Below, piece by piece: positions 9,891-18,603 of a DNA stretch of 64,000 bases. Under the pieces are notes generated by a model. It was given only the letters and a program-made list of their open reading frames with translations. It made no database searches and had not been told where the DNA came from. Each line of letters begins with the position of its first letter. Position 1 is the first letter of the stretch. The DNA lies in contig JBAZSZ010000002.1 in assembly GCA_041662205.1 (NCBI GenBank), forward strand, positions 103,266 to 167,265, read 5' to 3'. The translations under genes were made by a program, and so were the position numbers. The DNA is from Minisyncoccota bacterium (GTDB lineage Bacteria > Patescibacteriota > Minisyncoccia > Phycocordibacterales > UBA9973).

Positions 9891-9903
9891 TAGTTATCCA
9901 CAT
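9891..9903 (+). promoter_or_regulatory. Perfect DnaA-box-like motif TAGTTATCCACA upstream of a -35/-10 pair (LysM-M23 gene leader)
   Basis: TTATCCACA is the canonical DnaA box. The same extended 11-12-mer recurs at 12069-12078, 26966-26976, 42156-42167 and, in reverse orientation, at 37783-37794, each 25-40 nt upstream of a plausible -10 hexamer. Confidence 0.5.
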
Positions 9904-10170
9904 TAATTTACGATTAAATTGACTTTTGACCCTTTTTGAGCTATTTTAGGAGTATAGTTCTGAAGAGAGGTATGGGGCAAATTGACCGAATTCCAGAGAA
10001 GATAGTAACATCGTGAGAATCTTTTTCCACCGGTTGGTGGACACAGTACTGTGGTCGTCCTGTAATTCTAGCCTTATATTTAAAGGCTAGAAAAGGAAAT
10101 CTCGCGACATTTTGTTTGTTTTATAAAACCTAAATTCAAAATTCTAAAATCACTCGTATCCTTTTTCCTG

Positions 10171-11184
10171 TTGTTTGGGGTTCTTTTTGTGCCCTCACTA
10201 CCAGCTCAGGCAGACCTATTCTCTTCCCTCTCTTCTATCTTTGTCGGTGATCAAGCCTATGCGCTTCAGGCCAATGTTTCTTCTATTTCAATTTTAGAGG
10301 ATAAAAATAACAAAGATGGTGCAAAAGACAATATTATCGGTGGCATAAATACAAACACAGACAATATTTCTGACGATGATAAGGCACTTACCCCTAACGT
10401 TGGTTTAATGGGGGTATCAGATGGAAAAGACACTCAAGATTATTCTGAAGAAGATATTAGTGTTTACGTGGTAAGAAATGGTGATTCTATTTCCCAAATA
10501 GCTGATATGTTTGAAGTTTCGACTAATACAATTCTTTGGGCTAATGATATGAAAAAAGGTGATAAATTAGTAGAAGGAGATACTTTGATTATTTTACCAG
10601 TTTCTGGTGTAAAGCATACAGTTCTCAAGGGGCAAACTTTAAAAGGAATTGCTAATAAATACAAAGTAGATATTTCAGACATCGCTAGTTTTAACGGGAT
10701 AGCTATGGATTCAGATCTAGCTCTTGGAGATGAGCTTATTATCCCTGATGCTGAAATGGTTAACGTTGAAGCCCCTAAAAAACCAAAGACTAATTCAGTA
10801 AATAGTATAAAAACAACACTCAAAACTTTAGTAGGATACTTCATCAATCCTGTCCCAGGCTATAAGAGGGTAAGTCAGAAGTTACATGGTAATAATGGTG
10901 TTGATTTAGCTGCTCCAATTGGTACAAAAATTATTGCCGCTGCTTCTGGAACAGTGCTCTTGGCGCGTAATGGATATAATGGAGGTTATGGAAATATGGT
11001 TATTATTAAACACTCAAATGGAACTAAGACTTTATATGCTCACCAATCAAAAATAGCTACCAGTACAGGAGCTAAAGTGTCTCAAGGAGAAATCATTGGC
11101 TATGTAGGGTCCACTGGACGCTCAACCGGCCCTCACCTTCACTATGAAATTCATGGTGCTAGGAATAATACTTTAGATTTGTAA
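10171..11184 (+). CDS. LysM-domain M23-family peptidoglycan endopeptidase
   Basis: LysM segment YVVRNGDSISQIADMFEVSTNTILWAN...GDTLIILP. M23 signature HGNNGVDLAAP...GNMVIIKHSNGTKTLYAHQS...GSTGRSTGPHLHYEIH. The start is a TTG; no in-frame ATG lies upstream. Confidence 0.8.
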   Translation: MFGVLFVPSLPAQADLFSSLSSIFVGDQAYALQANVSSISILEDKNNKDGAKDNIIGGINTNTDNISDDDKALTPNVGLMGVSDGKDTQDYSEEDISVYVVRNGDSISQIADMFEVSTNTILWANDMKKGDKLVEGDTLIILPVSGVKHTVLKGQTLKGIANKYKVDISDIASFNGIAMDSDLALGDELIIPDAEMVNVEAPKKPKTNSVNSIKTTLKTLVGYFINPVPGYKRVSQKLHGNNGVDLAAPIGTKIIAAASGTVLLARNGYNGGYGNMVIIKHSNGTKTLYAHQSKIATSTGAKVSQGEIIGYVGSTGRSTGPHLHYEIHGARNNTLDL

Positions 11185-11218
11185 ATTTGCTCTAAAAAGC
11201 AAAACTACTTATTTGTTG

Positions 11219-11289
11219 TGCGGGATAGGCGAATCGAACGCCTGCCCAGAGTTTGGAAAACTCTTATTCTACCACTAAACTAATCCCGC
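11219..11289 (-). tRNA. tRNA-Gly (anticodon UCC)
   Basis: Manual fold of the reverse complement. Acceptor GCGGGAT/ATCCCGC, anticodon stem AGAGU/ACUCU with loop UUUCCAA, T-arm AGGCG-UUCGAUU-CGCCU. Confidence 0.75.
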
Positions 11290-11334
11290 TTTCGTTAAAG
11301 CTTCGGCGGGCGAGCCCGCTTAGGCTATAACTTG

Positions 11335-11405
11335 TCGGGCTGCTGGGAATCGAACCCAGTCTAAACGCTCCCAAAGCGCTTGTACTACCGGTATACTACA
11401 GCCCG
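11335..11405 (-). tRNA. tRNA-Pro (anticodon UGG)
   Basis: Manual fold. C1:G72 acceptor CGGGCUG/CAGCCCG typical of bacterial tRNA-Pro, anticodon loop UUUGGGA, T-arm CUGGG-UUCGAUU-CCCAG. Confidence 0.75.
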
Positions 11406-11452
11406 TTAAATTATCAAGCTACAAAAACACATAACTACGCTCATATAATATA

Positions 11453-11863
11453 TCACAAGATAATATCACTTACCACTTTTATTTTCGCTTTTTTGTTTTG
11501 TATATCAAGGAATACAATCAATAGATCCACTTGCCATCCTTTTTCATCAGGTATTTTTTCTGATAAAAGATAAGTTTGTATTGTTCGTGATAAACGTTTA
11601 AGTTTCCATGGGTGCATATTGTCTTCAGGCTTATAGTTATCTTTTGTTCCATGTGAAACATTTTTTAAGGTTTTATGTGCGACTGATTTTACTTCAATAA
11701 AGTGTAATTTATTGGTCTTTTCAGCTACAATATCTATTTCACCCCATTTTTTCGTATAATTTCTATTTAATATTAGAAAATTATGTTTCATGAGAAACCT
11801 TACAGCTATATTTTCTCCAATTTCTCCAGTTTTTTGGGTTTTTGAGGTAAATACTTTTGGCAT
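11453..11863 (-). CDS. yraN: YraN-family (UPF0102) predicted endonuclease
   Basis: 136 aa with the GEIDIVA core typical of UPF0102/YraN. Confidence 0.65.
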   Translation of the reverse strand: MPKVFTSKTQKTGEIGENIAVRFLMKHNFLILNRNYTKKWGEIDIVAEKTNKLHFIEVKSVAHKTLKNVSHGTKDNYKPEDNMHPWKLKRLSRTIQTYLLSEKIPDEKGWQVDLLIVFLDIQNKKAKIKVVSDIIL

Positions 11864-12132
11864 TTTATTTATTGTTTTAAAATAAAATCCTTATTTTAAA
11901 AACAAAAAAGCTGTTTCACGTTTAACATGTTTCACATGAAACATAGTAACAAATTTTTAGTAAATTTTATGTCTTTTACTATAATATCCTTATTTTATAA
12001 GATATATACAGAAAAAATGCTAATAAAAGACAGTTTCATATTGTGTCCTTTATGAACAGTACTAACATAGTTATCCACAATTTTATTAAATCTTTAATTT
12101 ATAAGGTATTATTAAGGGACATCATTTTTTTG

Positions 12133-12203
12133 TGCGGCCAGAGAGAATCGGACTCTCGTCTCATCCTTGGCAAGGACGTGTTCTACCACTGAACCATGAC
12201 CGC
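12133..12203 (-). tRNA. tRNA-Gly (anticodon GCC); the T-loop reads UCCGAUU rather than UUCGAUU
   Basis: Manual fold. Acceptor GCGGUCA/UGGCCGC with one U-G pair, D-stem GUUC/GAAC, anticodon loop UUGCCAA, T-stem GAGAG/CUCUC. Confidence 0.65.
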
Positions 12204-12275
12204 AAATTTATCTATGTATAAAGACCACCGAATATGACCGCAAACTACTTATGTATAAAAACCACCGAATATGAC
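12204..12275. repeat. Two tandem ~34-bp direct repeats, each carrying a pseudo-copy of the first ~17 nt of the adjacent tRNA-Gly(GCC)
   Basis: tatgtataaagaccaccgaatatgaccgcaaa occurs twice. On the minus strand it reads gcggtcatattcggtgg, against the tRNA 5' end gcggtcatggttcagtgg. Confidence 0.7.
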
Positions 12276-12418
12276 CGCAAATTATATTTTAAAAAACTAT
12301 AAACAATTATAATATTTAATTAGAACTAATGCAATTATTAAATTAACCAATTAAATAAAGCTTATTTGTGAGTATTTTAAAAATAATGTATAATATGTAG
12401 TATTATTATATTAATTAC

Positions 12419-12490
12419 GCACTCGTAGTGAAATGGATATCACAATAGTCTTCGGAACTATTATTGAGGGTTCGAATCCCCCCGAGTGCA
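12419..12490 (+). tRNA. tRNA-Arg (anticodon UCG)
   Basis: Acceptor GCACUCG/CGAGUGC, D-stem GUGA/UCAC, anticodon stem AUAGU/ACUAU with loop CUUCGGA, T-loop UUCGAAU. A TATAAT-like -10 lies about 30 nt upstream. Confidence 0.7.
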
Positions 12491-14105
12491 CAAAACAAAA
12501 GTGGAACAGGATGTTAAAAATTTAATATCAAAAACACCCAAAGAAGTTTCACATGTAACTAATACGCTCGAAAAAGATGGTTTTGAGGCATATCTAGTTG
12601 GCGGGTGCGTTAGAGATCTTTTGATGTCTAAGGAGCCAAATGACTGGGATATCACAACTAATGCTAAACCAGAGCAAATTATAAGTCTTTTTGAAAAGAC
12701 TGTTTATGAGAATGGCTTTGGTACAGTAGCTGTGGTTGTTCCGCGTGAAACACATCAAGAGGATGTTTCACATGGAACAAACCCTATTCCCTTGTCAGAA
12801 GAGAAAAATATGATTATAGAAGTTACTCCTTATAGAATTGAAGCAAAATATAGCGATTTTAGACATCCAGATGAGGTGAAATTTAGTGATAAGCTGGAGG
12901 ACGATCTTAAAAGACGTGACTTTACGGTTAATGCCATGGCCTTAAACAGTAAAGGACATCTGGTTGATTTTTTTGATGGTATAAAGGACATTAACGAAAA
13001 GACAATAAAGGCAGTAGGGAATCCAGATGATCGTTTTGCTGAAGATGCTCTCAGGATGTTGCGCGCTGTACGTCTTTCCTGCCAGCTTAATTTTTCTGTG
13101 GCTTATGAAACGATGCAAAGTATTTTGAAAAATTCAGAGTTGATAAAAAAAATTTCTGAAGAAAGAATTCGTGATGAGTTTGTAAAAATAATTATGTCGG
13201 AAAATTCCGCGAATGGAATCGTGATGTTACAAAAATTTAATTTGTTAAAAAATATAATTCCTGAACTAGAAGAGGGAATAGGCTGTGAACAATCCGGTGA
13301 GCATATTTACGACGTTTGGAATCATTTACTTCATGCATTAGAACATGCGACAAACAAGAATTGGTCTTTGGAAATAAGGCTCGCAGCGCTTTTCCATGAT
13401 ATTGGGAAGCCCCGAAGTAGGCGTATTGCGGAGCGAATTGATAATTTATCAGGTCCTCGGTCTTTCGGGTCCCTACCCCGGCCAGACCATGACAAATCAT
13501 CAATTCGCTCCGCAAAGAAAAAATTTACTTTTTACGGTCATGAAGTTGTCAGCACGCGGATGGCAAAAAAAATAATGGAGAGATTAAAATTTCCTAAAAA
13601 AGAAATTGAGTTAGTAGAAAAACTTGTTCGCAATCATATGTTTTTTTCTGACACAGAATTAATCACGCTGTCAGCCGTGCGAAGAATTATTGCAAAAGTT
13701 GGAAAAGAAAATATTTGGTTATTGATGAATGTCCGTGAGTGCGACAGGGTAGGGATGAAGAAAAAAGAAACCCCATATCGCCTTCGGAAGTATTTTGCCA
13801 TGATTGAGGAAGCCCTGAGAGATCCTATTTCTGTCGGACAGTTGAAAATCAACGGTGAATTTATGATAAAAGAGCTTGGAATCACTCCCGGACCACGCAT
13901 GGGGTGGATTTTACATGCATTACTCGAAGAAGTGCTAGATGCTCCGGAGAAAAACACGGTAGAACATCTGTCGGAGTTGGTAAAATCTTTAAATATGTTG
14001 GGGGATACAGAACTAAAAACTCTTGGTCTACGTGGAAAAGAAAAAAAAGAAGAATTAGAAGAAGAAGAGGTTGTGAAGCTTCACAAAAAGCATGGAGTGA
14101 AATAA
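12486..14105 (+). CDS. cca: CCA-adding tRNA nucleotidyltransferase with an HD domain, carrying an in-frame palindromic element insertion
   Basis: GGCVRDLL, RRDFTVNA, and the HD motif LFHDIGKP...FYGHE with about 26 extra residues (..NLSGPRSFGSLPRPDHD..) between GKP and FYGHE, encoded by repeat copy D. The start is a GTG at 12486 (overlaps the tRNA-Arg 3' end by 5 nt) or at 12501; there is no early in-frame ATG. Confidence 0.8.
   Translation: MHKTKVEQDVKNLISKTPKEVSHVTNTLEKDGFEAYLVGGCVRDLLMSKEPNDWDITTNAKPEQIISLFEKTVYENGFGTVAVVVPRETHQEDVSHGTNPIPLSEEKNMIIEVTPYRIEAKYSDFRHPDEVKFSDKLEDDLKRRDFTVNAMALNSKGHLVDFFDGIKDINEKTIKAVGNPDDRFAEDALRMLRAVRLSCQLNFSVAYETMQSILKNSELIKKISEERIRDEFVKIIMSENSANGIVMLQKFNLLKNIIPELEEGIGCEQSGEHIYDVWNHLLHALEHATNKNWSLEIRLAALFHDIGKPRSRRIAERIDNLSGPRSFGSLPRPDHDKSSIRSAKKKFTFYGHEVVSTRMAKKIMERLKFPKKEIELVEKLVRNHMFFSDTELITLSAVRRIIAKVGKENIWLLMNVRECDRVGMKKKETPYRLRKYFAMIEEALRDPISVGQLKINGEFMIKELGITPGPRMGWILHALLEEVLDAPEKNTVEHLSELVKSLNMLGDTELKTLGLRGKEKKEELEEEEVVKLHKKHGVK
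13443..13499 (-). repeat. Palindromic element copy D (reverse orientation) inside cca
   Basis: aggtcctcggtctttcgggtccctaccccggccagaccatgac. The variant central hairpin ttcggg/ccccgg contains one G-U-type mismatch. Confidence 0.75.
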
Positions 14106-14153
14106 AAAATAGTGCTTGTGAGTTTGAAAGATTAAAATTATAATAAAACATAT

Positions 14154-15467
14154 ATGAAAGAAGGTATTCCAGTTAGAGAAATATACGAAAATCCAGAAAA
14201 AAAATTTGCTTTGATGGAAGCCGTAATGAATGGATCTTTGAATTCTATTATTGATAAAGAAAAAATACCAACAGCCATTGATTTTCCAGGAATTCCTCCT
14301 AGTTTAACAAAAGAAGGCATGCTTGAATGGATAAAGAAAGAAACAGAAATCGATCCCAAAATTATTTTAGAAAATGGAAAATCTCTAGAATCTCGCGATA
14401 AGTATTTTCTTTTAAACTATGCTTTTCAACAAGCAAAGAATTTTTTGAGAGATACGTTAAAATATTCTGAAAAGGAACTGTTTCTAGGGGTAGATTCTAT
14501 AAAATCCAAAGAAGACATTTTTAATATTTTAGAAAAAACAAAATTGACCGGTGACAAAGAAGGCTTGAGTCAGTCAATAAAATATTGTCGCATAGTAAAA
14601 ACTACGATAGCTACCTATGAAGCATTAAGAAATGATAGTCAGTTATTGAAAAAAATTACTGAAGATTTTGAAGGAGCGCTTGTTTCTACTCCGTCAGAAG
14701 GTGGAATTGTAAAAGATACCCCTTTAGTTTTTTCTGGTGAATATACTCCAGAAGGAAGAGGATTCCGTGCTGTAAGTGATAATAAATTAAAAGGGATTAT
14801 TAATTCTAGGGCAAAGGATTTTGAAAAAATAATACTTCGTTTTCTTACCAGGCCAGAGTCAGACGCAAAAACTGCGTTGAAAGATGGGATAGCTTCTAGA
14901 ATAACTATGGAAAAAGAGCAAGCAGTAAAACTGTTGCCTGAATTGTATGAGTGGCTTGCTAAAACAATGAAGGCAACCGACATAAAAATTGAAAATAAAT
15001 CTTTTTTTTCAACATCACAAATTAAAAAGCTAGTTGGAAAAATAAAAATATCAAATACTAAAGATGAAAAATTTCAAGCATTAGTAATTACTGGTAAATT
15101 GCACAAGGACTCTCATGGTGGACAGTTTGAAATGCAACTTGTAGATCCAAATAATAAAAATGAAGAAGGGGGAATGCATCATGCCATATATGATGTTAAG
15201 AAATTTGTTAATGCTCGCACACGATTAGATGGCGGATGTCCTGAAGATGTATTTGAAGAATTTGTTAAAGATGCTCACATTAAATCAGGGATAAGTGTAA
15301 AAGATATTAAGCATGAATTAATAGAAGAATCTGATGCGCCCATTATTAAGAAAAGAAAAAAGAACGGAAAGTGTATATATGTTACTGATAAGGTATACAA
15401 GCGTTGGTATAATTTTAAATGGGTAGAGGAATCTCTTTTTAAAGATATTCAAGAAGTATGTAAATAA
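14154..15467 (+). CDS. Hypothetical protein (437 aa)
   Basis: ORF track only. No recognisable motif. Confidence 0.5.
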   Translation: MKEGIPVREIYENPEKKFALMEAVMNGSLNSIIDKEKIPTAIDFPGIPPSLTKEGMLEWIKKETEIDPKIILENGKSLESRDKYFLLNYAFQQAKNFLRDTLKYSEKELFLGVDSIKSKEDIFNILEKTKLTGDKEGLSQSIKYCRIVKTTIATYEALRNDSQLLKKITEDFEGALVSTPSEGGIVKDTPLVFSGEYTPEGRGFRAVSDNKLKGIINSRAKDFEKIILRFLTRPESDAKTALKDGIASRITMEKEQAVKLLPELYEWLAKTMKATDIKIENKSFFSTSQIKKLVGKIKISNTKDEKFQALVITGKLHKDSHGGQFEMQLVDPNNKNEEGGMHHAIYDVKKFVNARTRLDGGCPEDVFEEFVKDAHIKSGISVKDIKHELIEESDAPIIKKRKKNGKCIYVTDKVYKRWYNFKWVEESLFKDIQEVCK

Positions 15468-15493
15468 AATTAAAAATATCTCAAATAAAATTT

Positions 15494-17173
15494 TTAATAA
15501 ACTTCTTGTTGGTAACATTTCTCACAATAAACAATCTCTGGTCTGTCTGAAGAATACGTAGTTTCAAATTCTACCTCACATTTTTTTGTGCCATGAGTAT
15601 GATTTTTTAAATCACACATACAAGCACGATGCCAAAGCTGGCGAGGATTTCTTTTTTTCATACGGTCTTTGTGTCGGCACTCAAAATCTTTGTGGGGTAG
15701 TGGAAGGTTCATTCTTTTGTAAAAATCTAATTCACCTTTGGTGATGCGGAAATTCTTTTTACAATCTTTGCAAACTAAAATTTCTTTCAAAATATCTTCT
15801 GTAACTTCAGAAATAGTTTCTGGCACATTTTCTTCTTTTATAGTTTCTTTGTCATAGGTGCCCGTAGTTTGATCTTGCCATTTGAAATCTTTTTCTTTAG
15901 CTTCTTTTTCTGTGATTGGGTAATAATCATACCCGAGAGTTTCATTAAATCCAAAAGGAGCAATTTCTGGCGGGAAAAATTGACCATAAGTGCCTTCGTT
16001 CTTCATTTGCTCATCGATTTGTTCTTTTATTTTATAGTAATCGTCTTTACTGTATTCTTTATTTAGTATCATATATTGACCTTTACGGATACCATTGCAT
16101 CCGATAGCGCTTGAGAGATTATGGCAACTTTCAGAATATTCTACTTCGTTGCAATAAAAAACAAAGGCGCAATTTTTTGATTTACTACTTTGCAATATAC
16201 CCATCATGTTGTAGCAGAGTTCTGATTTGTAATAAAAATTATTGCAGTCCATAGAGTCGATCGGGTCTTCGGCATCTGCCATATAGGAACAGTTTTTTAT
16301 ATTGGAACTATCAAATGCTTTTACTCCATCATGACAATTATATAAATAATCGCCGGTGATATTGTGACATTTTGTTTGGGTAGCGTATTTGACGATCGTT
16401 TTATTTTTTAAATCTAAAAATTCTTTTTTGGCTTGCTCAATGCTTTCATAGCTGGATAAAATTTCTTGTTTCTTTCTTTCGTATTCTTCTTTACTGTATT
16501 TTACATTCAGGATTGAATTAGAAATGTTTCTGCCATTTAGGCAAAAGATACAATTATTTGAATTGCGCACATTGTAGCAAAAGAGAAGATCACTCGAAGC
16601 TTCGCATTGCTCACAATACAGACATTTAAAACATTTATGTGTATCGATACATTCATAACATAGTTCAGAATCATAAATAAAAGCAGAATCAACACAGTTT
16701 TTGGATCTTTGAACTAATCTACCATATAAACAATCCTCATTTCCATCTGCGGCAAAAATTAAATAACAGTCTTTATTATCCGCAGCGCCATTGGTGTACT
16801 CACTCCTGACAGAATTTACTGTCATCAAAGCTATTCTTGGAACTTTTATTTGCAATTCTTTATATTGTTCAAAAAAATTTTTATTTGGATTGTAATCTTG
16901 AGCAAAACTTTTCGGATCCCACTTATCGCTCCACCAACATTCGTGACAGTAGACCGTAAAAGGAGAATTGTTCGCATAGATAGAGATCATGTCTTTTTTG
17001 CAAAGATCACAGGGTCTTTTGTAGAAAGTTCGTTCATTGCGAAAAGCTAAGCGTCTCATCGCACGGCAATCAGGACAGTAGAGCGGGGGAACAGTTTTTA
17101 TTTGTTCGTAAAAAATTAGATCTTCTGGTCTTATTTCAAAATTTTTTTTACAGGTTTGGCAAACTTTCTGCAT
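15494..17173 (-). CDS. Large cysteine-rich protein bracketed by homologous N- and C-terminal zinc-ribbon modules
   Basis: The N-terminus (CQTCKKNFEIRPEDLIFYEQIKTVPPLYCPDCR..RR) and C-terminus (CKDCKKNFRITKGELDFYKRMNLPLPHKDFECRHKDR) are similar. About 50 Cys lie in CxxC pairs throughout. There is no signal peptide. Confidence 0.55.
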   Translation of the reverse strand: MQKVCQTCKKNFEIRPEDLIFYEQIKTVPPLYCPDCRAMRRLAFRNERTFYKRPCDLCKKDMISIYANNSPFTVYCHECWWSDKWDPKSFAQDYNPNKNFFEQYKELQIKVPRIALMTVNSVRSEYTNGAADNKDCYLIFAADGNEDCLYGRLVQRSKNCVDSAFIYDSELCYECIDTHKCFKCLYCEQCEASSDLLFCYNVRNSNNCIFCLNGRNISNSILNVKYSKEEYERKKQEILSSYESIEQAKKEFLDLKNKTIVKYATQTKCHNITGDYLYNCHDGVKAFDSSNIKNCSYMADAEDPIDSMDCNNFYYKSELCYNMMGILQSSKSKNCAFVFYCNEVEYSESCHNLSSAIGCNGIRKGQYMILNKEYSKDDYYKIKEQIDEQMKNEGTYGQFFPPEIAPFGFNETLGYDYYPITEKEAKEKDFKWQDQTTGTYDKETIKEENVPETISEVTEDILKEILVCKDCKKNFRITKGELDFYKRMNLPLPHKDFECRHKDRMKKRNPRQLWHRACMCDLKNHTHGTKKCEVEFETTYSSDRPEIVYCEKCYQQEVY

Positions 17174-17180
17174 ATTAGTT

Positions 17181-17813
17181 TCAGCCCAACATATTTTTTA
17201 AACCCCCGATAAATTTACTAATGAGGTTAGTGCTGATTTGAGAAAAATTAAAAATTACCGCGAGGGTAAATAGAACTAAGGATAAATTATTATTTACAAA
17301 AGAAAGAATAATCGCTAACACGCCAAAAATTACAGGCATAAATATTCTAATAGTGCCACGATGTATTTCTTGTTTGCTGACTTCAATATTTTTAATATGA
17401 TCTGAATTGAATACATAACTTCGGATCATGAAAAGACAAAAACCGATAATAATAGTATGAACCCCGAAAATTATTATTGAAAATTGATTGTTGCTATACT
17501 CCCCGAGTAGGGAAGTGGAAAAAGGAATAAGAGCAAGGAAAAGGAAGAAAATAGCATTGAGATTCGTCAGATTAATATCGATATTTTTCGCATAAACTGA
17601 AACAAAAAAATGATGCGCGCGCCAATAAGTGAAAAGCAAAGAGAAACTCAGAAGATAGCTAAGGAAAATCGGGAGAGTGTGTTTCATTGCTAGGGCAAGT
17701 TCTAATGAATCGTTTGGGTTTACTAAAATGGGTGGTTTGATCTGAAAAACGAGTATCGTCATCACGATGGCAAATATTCCGTCTGCAAGGGTTTCTAATC
17801 TAGCTGCTTTCAT
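17181..17813 (-). CDS. TMEM175/DUF1211-family putative K+ channel (start probably the internal Met; the ORF-track start at 17858 overlaps xth)
   Basis: Signature RLETLADGIFAIVMTILVF (RLExxSDGvfAI) followed by multiple TM helices. Confidence 0.65.
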   Translation of the reverse strand: MKAARLETLADGIFAIVMTILVFQIKPPILVNPNDSLELALAMKHTLPIFLSYLLSFSLLFTYWRAHHFFVSVYAKNIDINLTNLNAIFFLFLALIPFSTSLLGEYSNNQFSIIIFGVHTIIIGFCLFMIRSYVFNSDHIKNIEVSKQEIHRGTIRIFMPVIFGVLAIILSFVNNNLSLVLFTLAVIFNFSQISTNLISKFIGGLKNMLG

Positions 17814-17833
17814 GTTTAGATAATAACATAGAA

Positions 17834-18601
17834 TTAAATTTCTAGCCAAATCGGACAATGATCTGAACCCATATAATCATTTAGCATTCCAGTAGATTTT
17901 ATTTTGGGTATGATTTTTTCATCGGCAAAAAAATAATCCAAGCGCCAGCCGACATTGCGGTCTCGGGCGCGAGTTTTGATATCCCAATAGGTATAGGCCC
18001 CTATTTTTTCTGGATAAAATTTTCTAAATACATCAATAAATTTATTTTTTATCACTTTATCTATCCAAGCGCGCTCTATCGGCAAGAAGCCAGTATTTTC
18101 TTCATTTGCTTTTGGTCGGGCTAGGTCTATCGGAGTGTGAGCGGTGTTTATATCTCCGCAGAAAATTACATTTTCGCCATTTTTACGAAGCTTCAGTATA
18201 AATTTTAAAAAAGCATCATAAAATTCCAATTTGTATTTTAATCTGTGCGGACCTTGGCCACCATTTGGAAAATATCCAGTTATAATTGTGAAATCTTTGA
18301 ACTTAGCGCCAATTAATCTACCTTCATCATCCAATTTTTTTATTCCCATACCATAAAAAACCTCCAGCGGTTCAACCGCTGAATAAATCGCTACGCCACT
18401 ATATCCTTTTTTAATTTTTGGATGCGAAAAATATGAATAATAATTTTTTATATTACGCACCTCTTCTGGAAGTTGGTCTGGTTCGGCTTTGGTTTCTTGC
18501 AAGCACAAAACATCAGGTTTGTATTTCTGAAATAGGGGAGTAAGGAATCCTTGTTTTGCTGTCGCCCGCAGTCCATTTGTGTTCCAGGAAATGATTTTCA
18601 T
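17834..18601 (-). CDS. xth: Exodeoxyribonuclease III (Xth/APE family AP endonuclease)
   Basis: MKIISWNTNGLRA, LCLQETKA, and C-terminal SDHCPI. Confidence 0.85.
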   Translation of the reverse strand: MKIISWNTNGLRATAKQGFLTPLFQKYKPDVLCLQETKAEPDQLPEEVRNIKNYYSYFSHPKIKKGYSGVAIYSAVEPLEVFYGMGIKKLDDEGRLIGAKFKDFTIITGYFPNGGQGPHRLKYKLEFYDAFLKFILKLRKNGENVIFCGDINTAHTPIDLARPKANEENTGFLPIERAWIDKVIKNKFIDVFRKFYPEKIGAYTYWDIKTRARDRNVGWRLDYFFADEKIIPKIKSTGMLNDYMGSDHCPIWLEI

Positions 18602-18603
18602 TT

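Noticed and set aside
9904-10170. Calling the M23 leader a c-di-AMP (ydaO) riboswitch
   Set aside because: The genomic context fits, but I could not recognise the conserved ydaO pseudo-symmetric core by eye. I kept it only as a generic structured-leader observation.
12204-12275. CRISPR array
   Set aside because: The only tandem repeats in the window (12204-12275, 37374-37541, 39740-39950) have 2-3 units, no unique spacers of uniform length, and lie in a promoter or inside ORFs. No cas genes are present.
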